Source of the DNA: an uncultured Chloroflexia bacterium
Lineage (GTDB): Bacteria; Chloroflexota; Limnocylindria; Limnocylindrales; CSP1-4
Direction of reading: 5' to 3'
Length of the DNA stretch: 64,000 nucleotides
Assembly (NCBI GenBank): GCA_963715245.1
Contig: CAVQRM010000001.1
Location: forward strand, 1,218,373-1,282,372
A program made the translations under genes and the position numbers. Positions 25,836 through 35,800 of this stretch are shown here, piece by piece (within the stretch, counting starts at the first letter, position 1; each line of letters starts with the position of its first letter). Under the pieces are notes generated by a model that was given only the letters and a program-made list of their open reading frames with translations, was not told the origin of the DNA and did no database searches.

Positions 25836-25950
25836 CGCCCCCCGAATTTACCGGCTCACGCCGTCCCGCGGCGCCCGATGCAACGTGATTGGCAGTCGCG
25901 GCGGGAGCACCTGCACGGCGCCGGACCTCGATCGGCGGCATCCTGTCCCC

Positions 25951-26475
25951 ATGGACCAGGCACGAGCCCGCACGCGCCAGCGGCCAGGCCGCCGCCCCGC
26001 CGACCCCGACGACGGCAGGCGCACCGAACGCGTCATCGCGGCAGAGCGGCGGATCGGGGCCGTGGCGCATCTGCTCGACGACATCGTCCGCGTGCCGGGG
26101 ACCTCCACCCGCGTGGGCCTCGACCCCATCATCGGCCTGGTCCCGTTCCTGGGTGACATCGTGAGCGGCATCGTCTCCGCCTGGATCGTGGTCGAGGCGG
26201 CGCGCTTCAGGCTGCCGACGATCGTGCTGGTCCGGATGATCCTGAACACGGGGCTGGACTTCACGATCGGCCTCGTCCCGTTCCTGGGCGACCTGTTCGA
26301 CCTCGCCTTCAAGGCGAACACGCGGAACCTGGAGCTGTTCCACCGGCACGCGACGGACCCCGGCGCGAGCACCGCCGGCTCCACCGCCCTCGTCGCCGGG
26401 GTGGTGCTCGTGTTCGTCGGGATGCTCTGGGCCGGGATCGTGCTCATCGGACGGCTCCTGTCGCTGGTCCTCTGA
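25951..26475 (+). CDS. DUF4112 domain membrane protein
   Basis: ATG 25951. LLDDIVRVPGTSTRVGLDPIIGLVPFLGDIVSG...RMILNTGLDFTIGLVPFLGDLFDLAFKANTRN is the duplicated DUF4112 motif. Confidence 0.85.
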   Translation: MDQARARTRQRPGRRPADPDDGRRTERVIAAERRIGAVAHLLDDIVRVPGTSTRVGLDPIIGLVPFLGDIVSGIVSAWIVVEAARFRLPTIVLVRMILNTGLDFTIGLVPFLGDLFDLAFKANTRNLELFHRHATDPGASTAGSTALVAGVVLVFVGMLWAGIVLIGRLLSLVL

Positions 26476-26643
26476 CAGCCTGCCGGGAGAGCCGGCCGTG
26501 CTCCGCGTCCTCAGCCCGCCTGCGTGTCCGACCGCCTCCCAGCCGTCGTCGCGTTCGACGGGATTGTGGGCGTGGGCTACCGTTGTCAGGCGTCATCCGT
26601 CCGTTCGATCATCGAGGGCGCCACAGGAGAGGAGGCGCCGATC

Positions 26644-28944
26644 GTGCCAGTCGTGACCGGCCCGACGACATCCGGGTCGACGACACCGCGACCCGTGAAG
26701 GTCCCTGGGCCAGCCGCCGGAGCAGCCCCCGGGACGACATCCGGCCGACTGGTGGTGGTCTCCAACCGCCTGCCGCTGACGATCCGGCGGACCGCCGGGC
26801 GCTGGCACGGCGAGCGGAGCAGCGGCGGCCTCGTGGCCGCGATGGCGCCGGTCATGGAGCGCCTGGGCGGGCTGTGGGTCGGCTGGCCGGGCGAGCTCCC
26901 CGCCGGCGAGGATCCCGCCGGGCGCGACGCCCTGCTCCGTGAGTGGGAGGCCGAGCACTCGCTCGCGTCGGTCGAGCTTCCGGCGGGCATGGGCAGGGCC
27001 TACTACGAGGGCTTCTCCAACAACACCCTGTGGCCGCTCCTCCACGGCTTCCCGTCGCGAGTGACGTTCGACGCGGAGACCTTCCACGCCTACCGCGACG
27101 CGAACGAGCGGTTCGCCGAGGCCCTCCTCACGAGGCTGCGCCCGGACGACCTCGTCTGGGTCCACGACTACCAGCTGACCCTGCTCCCGGGTCTGATCCG
27201 CCGCGCGCGGCCGGATGCCAGGATCGCCTACTTCCTCCACGTGCCGTTCCCGCCGCCCGAGGTGTTCCGGATCCTGCCGCAGCGCCGGGAGATCCTCGAA
27301 GGACTCCTGGGCGCGGACGTGATCGGGTTCCAGACCTACGAGCACCTTGGGGCCTTCCGCCGGACCCTGCTCCAGGTGCTCGGGATCGAGAGCCGCATGG
27401 ACCGGGTCGAGGTCGACGGCCGGGTCGTGGCGCTCGAGGGCCGGCCCATCGGGATCGTCCCCGAGACCTGGGACCGACTGGTGGCCGACAACCCGGCGGT
27501 CGCGCGCCGGGTGGTGGAGATCCGCCGGCAGTACGCGGGCCGGAGGCTCGTGCTGGCCGTCGACCGGCTGGACTACACCAAGGGGATCGTCGAGCGCCTG
27601 CGCGCCTTCCGCCACTTCCTCGAGGGACGACCGAGCTGGCGGGGCAAGGTCACCCTCGTCCAGGTCGCCGTGCCCTCGCGAGAGCGGATCCCGCGCTACG
27701 CCGCCCTCCGACGAGAGGTCAACGAGACCGTCGGCGAGATCAACGGGGAGCTTGGCACCGCCGAGTGGAGCCCGGTGATCTACCTCCGTCGCTCCATCTC
27801 CCAGCAGGAGCTCGCGGCCCTGTACACCGCGGCCGACGTGGCCTGGGTGGCGTCACTCCGCGACGGCATGAACCTCGTCGCCAAGGAGTACGTGGCGTGC
27901 CAGCGGCAGGGCTCGGGGGTGCTGCTCCTGAGCGAGTTCGCCGGTGCGGCAGCCGAGATGGGAGAGGCGATCCGGGTCAACCCGTACGACCAAGGCGGAT
28001 CGGCGGACGCCCTGGAACGGGCGCTCACGATGCCCCAGGACGAGCGGCTCGAGCGCCAGGCGGCCCTTCTCGCCCGCGTGCGGCGCAACACCGCGGTCGC
28101 GTGGGCCGAACGATCGATCGAGGATCTCGCGGGCCACAGCGCCCTGCAGATCGTCGCCCAGGAGCCCACAAGGGAGCCCCCGCTCGTCACCGTGCGCGAC
28201 ACGTACACCCGGGCGCGGCAGCGGGCGCTCTACCTCGACTACGACGGCACGCTCGTGCCGATCGCGTCCAGGCCGGCCGACGCGGTCCCGGGTCCGGACG
28301 TCCTGGCGGTGGTGCAGGCCCTTGCCGCTCGCCCGCGGACGGTGGTCACGATCGTGTCCGGGCGCCCCGCGGCGGATCTGGAACGGTGGTTCGGGACCCT
28401 CGACGGGGTGTGGCTTGCCGCCGAGCACGGCGCCCTGATCCGGCCGCCGACGACCGGCGCCTGGGAAGCGCTCCGGCCCGGCACAACTGCGGACTGGAAG
28501 GATCGCGTCCGGCCCGTGCTCGAGTACTTCCTCGACCAGGCGCCGGGGGCGGTCATCGAGGAGAAGCAGCACTCGCTCGCCTGGCACTACCGGCTGGTGG
28601 AGCCGGAGTTCGGCGACTGGCTCGCCAACGAGCTGGCGGCGGCCCTCGAGCAGCAGCTCGCCGGCACGGAGCTTGCGCCGCTGCGCGGGAGCAAGGTGAT
28701 CGAGGTCCGCTACGCCTGGGCCAACAAGGGCGAGGCGGTGGCGCACGTCCGGTCCACGCTCGGCGACCCGGACTTCGAGCTGGCGATCGGCGACGACCGG
28801 ACCGACGAGGACGTGTTCGACCGGCTGCCCGAGACCGCCTGGACCATCAAGGTGGGGCCGGGTCCCACTCGTGCGCGCCATCGGCTGCCGGATCCGGCGG
28901 CGACGCTGGGCCTGCTGGCCGACCTGTCCGAGCGCTCCGGGTAG
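26644..28944 (+). CDS. bifunctional trehalose-6-phosphate synthase (GT20) / trehalose-phosphatase (HAD) fusion
   Basis: GTG 26644 is preceded by GGAGAGGAGG; the track start at 26524 adds 40 poor codons. OtsA part: LVVVSNRLP...GGLVAAMAP...WVGWPG...VHDYQLTLLP...LAVDRLDYTKGI...SLRDGMNLVAKEY. OtsB part: LYLDYDGTLVPI...IVSGR...GDDRTDEDVF. Confidence 0.9.
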   Translation: MPVVTGPTTSGSTTPRPVKVPGPAAGAAPGTTSGRLVVVSNRLPLTIRRTAGRWHGERSSGGLVAAMAPVMERLGGLWVGWPGELPAGEDPAGRDALLREWEAEHSLASVELPAGMGRAYYEGFSNNTLWPLLHGFPSRVTFDAETFHAYRDANERFAEALLTRLRPDDLVWVHDYQLTLLPGLIRRARPDARIAYFLHVPFPPPEVFRILPQRREILEGLLGADVIGFQTYEHLGAFRRTLLQVLGIESRMDRVEVDGRVVALEGRPIGIVPETWDRLVADNPAVARRVVEIRRQYAGRRLVLAVDRLDYTKGIVERLRAFRHFLEGRPSWRGKVTLVQVAVPSRERIPRYAALRREVNETVGEINGELGTAEWSPVIYLRRSISQQELAALYTAADVAWVASLRDGMNLVAKEYVACQRQGSGVLLLSEFAGAAAEMGEAIRVNPYDQGGSADALERALTMPQDERLERQAALLARVRRNTAVAWAERSIEDLAGHSALQIVAQEPTREPPLVTVRDTYTRARQRALYLDYDGTLVPIASRPADAVPGPDVLAVVQALAARPRTVVTIVSGRPAADLERWFGTLDGVWLAAEHGALIRPPTTGAWEALRPGTTADWKDRVRPVLEYFLDQAPGAVIEEKQHSLAWHYRLVEPEFGDWLANELAAALEQQLAGTELAPLRGSKVIEVRYAWANKGEAVAHVRSTLGDPDFELAIGDDRTDEDVFDRLPETAWTIKVGPGPTRARHRLPDPAATLGLLADLSERSG

Positions 28945-29018
28945 CTGCCGCCTGCGCCCTCCCTGCGGGCCCCGGGGGCGGCGCCCGCTCGCCCGGGATC
29001 GCCGGTAGCCTTCGCTCG

Positions 29019-29984
29019 ATGGCTGCGATCTCGGCCGAGGGGCTCACCAAGCACTACGCCGGCGGCGGCCGCCTCCGTCGCGGGAGGCCGATCCGCGCCC
29101 TCGAGGACGTGTCGCTCGAGGTCCGAGAGGGCGAGATCTTCGGGTTCCTCGGGCCCAATGGGGCGGGCAAGAGCACCCTGATCCGTCTCCTGCTCGGCTT
29201 CCTGCATCCGACGAGCGGACGCGCCTCGGTCCTCGGCCTCGACATCGGGCGCGACAGCGTCGAGATCCGGCGGCGGATCGGCTACCTGCCCGGCGGGATC
29301 GCGCTCTATGACGGGCTCACGGGGGAGCGGCTCCTCGACTACGTCGCCGCGCTCGCGGGGCGCCCGTCCACGCGACGCGCGGCGCTGTGTGACCGCCTCG
29401 AGCTGAGCGAGCGGACCCTGCGTCGCCCGATCCGCGACTACAGCCGGGGGATGCGCCAGAAGATCGGCATCGTGCAGGCGCTCCAGCACGACCCGGAGCT
29501 CGCGATCCTCGACGAGCCGTCCGAGGGTCTCGACCCGCTCATGCAGCGCGCGTTCTACGACATCCTCGACGAGGTCCGCGCAGCCGGCCGGACGGTGTTC
29601 TTCTCCTCGCACGTCCTGTCCGAGGTCGAGCGCGTCTGTGACCGCGTCGCCGTCGTGCGCGCCGGGCACCTGGTCCTGCTCGAGGACGTCGGGACCCTCC
29701 TGGCGAGGCGACGCCGCCGGGTGGAGATCCGGCTCGACGGGCCGGCCCCGGACCTCAACGCCGTCGCCGGTGTCAGCGACATCGTGGTCGACGGCGACCG
29801 GCTGTCATGCGCGCTCGAGGGTGACCCGCGCGCCTTCCTCGCGGCGCTGGCCGAGGCGCCGGTCGCCGACCTCACGATCGAGACGGCGCGCCTCGAGGAC
29901 GCGTTCCTCGAGCTGTACGAGGGCGAGTCGGTCGAGGAAGAGCTGGCCGCCGGGCCCGACGACTCCCGGACGGCCGCCCGGTGA
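29019..29984 (+). CDS. ABC transporter ATP-binding protein (ABC-2 type)
   Basis: Walker A GPNGAGKST, signature YSRGMRQK, Walker B LAILDEPSEGLD, H-loop SSHVL. The track ORF carries a 692-codon junk extension. Confidence 0.9.
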   Translation: MAAISAEGLTKHYAGGGRLRRGRPIRALEDVSLEVREGEIFGFLGPNGAGKSTLIRLLLGFLHPTSGRASVLGLDIGRDSVEIRRRIGYLPGGIALYDGLTGERLLDYVAALAGRPSTRRAALCDRLELSERTLRRPIRDYSRGMRQKIGIVQALQHDPELAILDEPSEGLDPLMQRAFYDILDEVRAAGRTVFFSSHVLSEVERVCDRVAVVRAGHLVLLEDVGTLLARRRRRVEIRLDGPAPDLNAVAGVSDIVVDGDRLSCALEGDPRAFLAALAEAPVADLTIETARLEDAFLELYEGESVEEELAAGPDDSRTAAR

Positions 29985-30787
29985 TCAACGGCCCGCTGCT
30001 CCGGCACACGTGGCGGACCCACCGGCTCCGGGTCGGCTGGATCGCGCTCGCGATGGCCGTGTGGGCGCTCCTGATGCCGGTGATCTACGCGACATTCGGC
30101 AGGCAGATGGAGGTCCTCCTCGAGTCCGGGATCATCCCCGACGCCTTCCTGCGCCTGCTCGGCGCGGATCCGTTCAGCCTCAACGGCGCGGTCGCGTTGG
30201 GTGCCGTCCACCCGATCGCGCTCGGCCTCCAGATGATCTACCCGGTCGGATTCGCGGCGTACGCGATCGCGGGCGAGCGCCAGCGGGGCACGCTCGAGGT
30301 CCTCCTCGCGCGCCCCGTCTCGCGCCGGGCCGTGTTCCTCACGCTGCTCCTCGCGCTCGTCGCCTTCGCCGTGCTGACGACCGCAGCGCAGGTCGCGGGG
30401 ACGGTCGCCGGCGCCGCGCTGTACGGGGTCGCGGATCAGCTCGAGGCGTCGGCGCTCGTCTTCCTCGGCCTCAACACGGTGGTGCTGCTCGCCGCGCTCG
30501 CGGCAGTCTGTCTCGCGGCGTCTGCCGTCTTCGACCGCCCCTCGACCCCGCTCGCGATCGGACTCCTGGTCGTGATCGGCGGGTACGTCCTCGAAGTGCT
30601 GGGCACGCTCTGGCCGGATGCGGCGTTCCTCCAGCCGTACTCGCCGTTCCACTACCTCCAGCCGCTCGACGTGCTCGCGGGCCGGAACGTCAACGCGGAC
30701 CTCGCCGTCCTGACGGCGATCGGGGTCGTGGCCGTTGCATTCGCGCTGGTTCGCTTCCCCCGGCGGGATCTCGCCGCACCGACCTGA
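29981..30787 (+). CDS. ABC-2 family transporter permease
   Basis: GTGA overlap with the ATPase gene. Six predicted hydrophobic segments and the motif AGERQRGTLEVLLARPVSR, typical of ABC-2 permeases. Confidence 0.8.
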   Translation: MINGPLLRHTWRTHRLRVGWIALAMAVWALLMPVIYATFGRQMEVLLESGIIPDAFLRLLGADPFSLNGAVALGAVHPIALGLQMIYPVGFAAYAIAGERQRGTLEVLLARPVSRRAVFLTLLLALVAFAVLTTAAQVAGTVAGAALYGVADQLEASALVFLGLNTVVLLAALAAVCLAASAVFDRPSTPLAIGLLVVIGGYVLEVLGTLWPDAAFLQPYSPFHYLQPLDVLAGRNVNADLAVLTAIGVVAVAFALVRFPRRDLAAPT

Positions 30788-30839
30788 CCGGCGTCGTCGT
30801 GTGCAGGCGGCGCGGCGCCGTTTCCTGCACCATCAGCGC

Positions 30840-31787
30840 ATGACCGACAACCGGCCGCCGCTGAGGATCGGCCTCAACCTCCCCACCTGGCCGCTCCGCG
30901 ACGGCTCGTACGCGGGCTGGCCCGCGATGCGGCGGCTGGCCCGGTCGATGGAGGCGATGGGCGTCGACACGCTCTGGGTGCCCGACCATCTCCAGCGCAC
31001 GACGCCGGGCCGTGGAACCTTCGGGTTCTGGGAGTGCTGGACGATCCTCACCGCGGCCGCCGAGGCGACGTCGCGGATCGGGATCGGGCCGTTCATCGCG
31101 TGCACCGGGTTCCGCAACCCGGCCCTGCTCGCGAAGATGGCGGCGACGCTCGACGAGGTCAGCGCAGGGCGGCTCGTCCTGGGCCTCGGCAGCGGCGTCC
31201 CGGCTCGCGACCCGTCCTGGTCCGCGTTCGGCTACGACGGCTCGCGCCACGTCGCGAAGTACGGGGAGGCCGTGGAGATCGTCACCCGCCTCCTGCGCGA
31301 GCGCGAGGTCAGCTTCGAGGGCGAGCACTACCGGACCGAAGCCGCCGAGATCATCCCGCGCGGGCCGCGCCCGGACGGCCCGCCGGTCCTCGTCGCGGGG
31401 CTCGGCGAGAGGACGCTGTCCGTGGCGGCGCGCTTCGGCGACCTCGTCAACGTGAACCGGGCCCTCGTCACGGCAGCCGATGCGCAGGACACCGTGGCCG
31501 CCGCGGCCCGGGCGTGCGAGGCGGCGGGGCGGGACCCGGCGACGCTCGAGGTGACGAGCTGGGTCCGCATCGCGGTCGGGGCGGACGGGATCGCCGTTGA
31601 CCGTCCCGGCTGCATCCCCGGCGATCCGGCGACGGTCGCGGCGACCGTTACCGCCATCCACGCGGCGGGCATCACACACCTGACGTTCTACATCGGGGCC
31701 GCGGACGACCCCAGCCCGCTGCCGGCCCTCACGGACGACACGCTCGCGATGTTCGGACCGTTCCTGGACGCCATCCGCGCGGCCTGA
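30840..31787 (+). CDS. LLM-class flavin/F420-dependent oxidoreductase
   Basis: ATG 30840. LRIGLNLPTW...VDTLWVPDHL...ECWTILTAAAEATSRIGIGPFIACTGFRNPALLAKMAATLDEVSAGRLVLGLGSG. Confidence 0.85.
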   Translation: MTDNRPPLRIGLNLPTWPLRDGSYAGWPAMRRLARSMEAMGVDTLWVPDHLQRTTPGRGTFGFWECWTILTAAAEATSRIGIGPFIACTGFRNPALLAKMAATLDEVSAGRLVLGLGSGVPARDPSWSAFGYDGSRHVAKYGEAVEIVTRLLREREVSFEGEHYRTEAAEIIPRGPRPDGPPVLVAGLGERTLSVAARFGDLVNVNRALVTAADAQDTVAAAARACEAAGRDPATLEVTSWVRIAVGADGIAVDRPGCIPGDPATVAATVTAIHAAGITHLTFYIGAADDPSPLPALTDDTLAMFGPFLDAIRAA

Positions 31788-31869
31788 CGGGCGACGAGCA
31801 GCCGGCAGCGGGCGAATCAGGCAGGCGGACGGCCGAAGCCGCCCGCCTGGGGACCGCGAGGGACGGGGA

Positions 31870-32895
31870 CTACGCCGTGACGAGGTCGGGCGGCGTGGTC
31901 CAGGAGTGGAGCGTCGCCACGTAGTTGGCGCGCTCGAAGGCTGAGGGATCGGCGACGTTCGCCGCGGTGGCGGAGCCGCGGAGCTGTGAGACGGACTCGT
32001 ACTCGCGCGTCTCCATCCACTCGACGAGCTCCTGCTCGACGGTGTGGACGAACTCGGGGCCGTGCTTGAGGAGCGCGGAGGTCATCATTGCGACGTCGGC
32101 GCCGACGAGGAGCGCCTTGATCGCGTCCGTGCCGGCGTGGATGCCGGACGTGGCCGCGAGCGACACGTCCGGGCCGAGCTGCGGCCGGAGGATCGCGATC
32201 CAGCGGAGCGGCAGGCGCAGCTCCGACGGCCGGGACAGCTCGACGCGGTTGACGACGTCGAGCGTGTCGAGGTCGAGGTCCGGCTGGTAGAACCGGTTGA
32301 ACAGCACGAGGCCGCTGGCACCGGCGTCCCGCGCGTTCGCGGCGAACCCGGCCAGGGCGGAGTAGTACGGGCTGAGCTTTGCCGCGACCGGGATCGTGAC
32401 CGACGCGCGGACGGAACGGATGAGCGCGATGTCCATCGCCTCCCGGTCGGCCGCGGTGAGCTTCGGGTCGGCGGCGAGGTGGTACAGGTTGAGCTCCAGC
32501 GCGTCGGCGCCTGCTTCCTGGATCAGCCGCGCGTACCGGACCCAGCCGCCGGTCGAGGTGGCGTTGAGGCTGGCGATCACGGGGATCCCGAGCTCGCGCT
32601 TGAAGATCGCCAGTCGATCGAGGTAGCGGTCGCCCGCCGACGGGAGCGAGTCGATCGCGGGGAAGTAGTCGAGCGCCTCGGCGAACTGGTTCGTCCCGGC
32701 CTCCAGCGCCCGGGTGAGCTGGATCTCCTCGTTGAGGATCTCCTCCTCGAACAGCGAGGGCATGACGATCGCCGCCGCCCCCGCCCGCTCGAGCTTGCGT
32801 GCCGTGCCCAGGTCGCCCGTATACGGCGAGGACGAGCAGACGAGCGGGGAGCGGAGGTCGAGGCCGAGGTAGCGCGTGCGCAGGTCGACGGTCAC
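31870..32895 (-). CDS. dihydroorotate dehydrogenase-like (class 1 DHOD/DHPD TIM-barrel) protein
   Basis: GTG 32895 forms a GTGA overlap with the PFOR stop. LRTRYLGLDLRSPLVCSSSP...AIVMPSLFEE...ELNLY...IPVAAKLSPY...GLVLFNRFYQPD...SGIHAGTDAIKALLVGADVAMMTSALL. Confidence 0.85.
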   Translation of the reverse strand: MTVDLRTRYLGLDLRSPLVCSSSPYTGDLGTARKLERAGAAAIVMPSLFEEEILNEEIQLTRALEAGTNQFAEALDYFPAIDSLPSAGDRYLDRLAIFKRELGIPVIASLNATSTGGWVRYARLIQEAGADALELNLYHLAADPKLTAADREAMDIALIRSVRASVTIPVAAKLSPYYSALAGFAANARDAGASGLVLFNRFYQPDLDLDTLDVVNRVELSRPSELRLPLRWIAILRPQLGPDVSLAATSGIHAGTDAIKALLVGADVAMMTSALLKHGPEFVHTVEQELVEWMETREYESVSQLRGSATAANVADPSAFERANYVATLHSWTTPPDLVTA

Positions 32896-35800
32896 GCCAG
32901 GTCTCCCTTCCCGTTGTCGGTGCCGGCGACGACGGCCTCGAGGGTCGCGTCGCCGTCCGTCGCTTCGGCCTCTGTCTCCGGGTGCGCCACGTGGGGCACG
33001 CTCCGGTGGATGCCGGCCAGCTGCTCGTAGTAGCGCCATCGCTCGTCGGCGTCGGCCTGGGCCAGCTCGGCGAGCTCCGCGGCACGCTCCGGGTCCGTCC
33101 GCTGGAGGATCGCGAACCGCGTCTCGGCGGCCACGAACTCCTTGATCGGCAGGGTCGGCTTGCCCGAGTCCAGCTTGAACGGCTGGCCGTCCTCCACCTC
33201 GCTCGGCTGGAACCGGTAGAGCGGCCAGTAGCCGCTCTTGACGGCGTCCTTCTGGTGGCTCATGGACTTGCTCATGTCGATGCCGTGGGCGATGCAGGTG
33301 CTGTACGCGATGACGAGCGACGGCCCCGGCCACGCCTCGGCCTCGAGGAGGGCCTTGGTCGTCTGGGCGTCGTTGGCGCCCATCGCGATCTGCGCGACGA
33401 ACACGTTGCCGTAGGAGCGGGCGATGGCGCCCAGGTCCTTCTTGCCCGTGCTCTTGCCGGCTGCTGCGAACTTCGCGACGGCGCCGCGCGGGGTCGCCTT
33501 CGACGCCTGGCCGCCCGTGTTCGAGTAGACCTCCGTGTCGAGGACGAGGATGTTGACGTTGCGGCCCGACGACAGGACCTGGTCGAGCCCGCCGAAGCCG
33601 ATGTCGTAGGCCCACCCGTCGCCGCCGATGATCCAGATGCCCTGGCGGGCAAGGTCGTTCGACAGGGCGATGAGCTGGCGGGCGTCCGCGGCCTGGTCGC
33701 CGGCGACACCCTCGAGGATCGTGCGCAGGCGCTCCACGCGGAGCCGCTGCTCGGCGATCTGGGGCTCGGTGTCCTGCGGGCTGTCGAGCAGCTCGCGCAC
33801 GAACGCCTCGCCGACGACCGGCGAGAGCCGCTCGAGGAGGTCCCGTGCGTAGCTGGTCTGCGCGTCGAGCGCGAGGCGCATCCCGAGTCCGAACTCCGCG
33901 TTGTCCTCGAACAGGGAGTTGGCCCACGCGGGACCGCGGCCCTGCCCGTTGACCGTCCACGGGGTGGTCGGCAGGTTGGCACCGTAGATCGAGGAGCAGC
34001 CCGTGGCGTTGGCCACGATCATCCGGTCGCCGAACAGCTGGCTGACGAGGCGCAGGTACGGCGTCTCGCCGCAGCCGCCACAGGCACCGGAGAACTCGAA
34101 CAGCGGCTCGAGCTGGGCCGCGCCCTTGATCGTGTCGTGCGGGATGAGGCTGCGATCGAGCGGCGCGATCGCCGCGAAGGTGTCCCAGCGCTCGCGCTCG
34201 ACATCCCGGTGGTCGAGGTAGGGCTCCATGTTGATGGCCTTGTGGCTGACGTCCGACTTGCTCTTCACGGGGCAGACGTCCACGCACACGCCGCAGCCCG
34301 TGCAGTCGTCGGGCGCGACCTGGATCGTGATCCGGTGGTTGAGGAGGTCCCTCGACTTGAACTCCTTGCTCGGGAAGCCCTCGAGCGTCGGGGTCGCGTC
34401 ATCGGCGTAGACCTTCATCCGGATCGAGGCGTGCGGGCAGACCATGGCGCACTTGCCACAGTCGATGCAGATCGCCTCGTCCCAGATCGGGATCATCTGG
34501 GCGATCGCCCGCTTCTCGTACCGCGTGGTGCCGGTGGGGAAGGTGCCGTCGACGGGGAGCGCCGACACTGGCAGCAGGTCGCCCTCGCCGGCCATCAGCC
34601 GCGCCGTCACGTCCCGGACGAAGTCCGGGGCGGTGTCGGGCACGAGCGACCGGAGCGGCAGCGCGGAGTCGACCCTGCCCAGCGTCACGCGGCCCAGCCG
34701 CGCGATCGACTGGTCGATCGCGGCGAAGTTGCGCTGGACGACCGCCTCGCCGCGCTTGGAGTAGGTCTTCTTGACGAAGGCCTTGATGCGCTCGACGGCC
34801 TCCTCGGCCGGGAGGACGCCCGCGAGGTGGAAGAAGCAGGGCTGCATGATCGTGTTGATGCGATTGCCCATGCCGGTCTCGGCGGCGACGGCCATCGCGT
34901 CGATCACCCACAGGTTGATCTGCTTGTCGACGAGCTGGTGCTGGATCTCGAGCGGCAGGTGCTCCCAGACCTCGTCCGGGCCGTACGGGCTGTTGAGCAG
35001 GAACGTCGCGCCGTGCTTGGCGTGGTCGAGGACCTTGACGCTCTGGAGGAGCCCGAACTGGTGGCATGCCACGAAGTCGGCCTGGTCGATGAGATACGTG
35101 GAGCGGATGGGCTCGGGTCCGAAGCGCAGGTGGGACGAGGTCACCGAGCCCGACTTCTTCGAGTCGTAGACGAAGTAGCCCTGCGCGTACAGGTCCGTGC
35201 CCTCGCCGATGATCTTGACCGACGCCTTGTTCGCGCCGACCGTCCCGTCCGATCCGAGGCCGTAGAACAGCGCCTGGACCTCGCCCGCCGGCCGCTGGTA
35301 GCGGAACGACTGCGCGATCGGGAGGCTGAGGTTCGTGACGTCGTCGTAGATGCCCACGGTGAAGTGGCGCTTCGGCTTCGCGGCGAGCAGCTCGTCGAAG
35401 ACCGGCCGGATCATCGCGGGCGTGAACTCCTTGGACGAGAGCCCGTAACGGCCGCCGAAGACGCGCGGCGTCTCGGTGAACGGCGGGGTGTCGCTGTCCA
35501 TCGCCTCGGCGAGCATCGTGACGATCGCCTGGTACATCGGCTCGCCGACGGCGCCCGGCTCCTTGGTGCGATCGAGGGCGGCGATCGCGCGGACCGTCTT
35601 CGGGAGCGCGGCCAGGACCTGCTCCACCGGGAACGGCTGGAACAGCCGGATGGTCAGCATGCCGACCTTCTCGCCGGCGGCCACCATCGCGTCCACGGTC
35701 TCCTCGACCGCGCCGGCGCCGGAGCCCATCACGACGATCACCCGCTCGGCGTCCGGGGCGCCGTGGTACTCGGCGAGCCGGTACTGGCGGCCGGTGCGGG

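Noticed and set aside
26524-26643. Longer N-terminus for the OtsA/OtsB fusion starting at GTG 26524.
   Set aside because: The extra 40 codons are not OtsA-like. A strong GGAGAGGAGG sits 8 nt before GTG 26644, after which the GT20 N-terminal motif follows at the usual distance.
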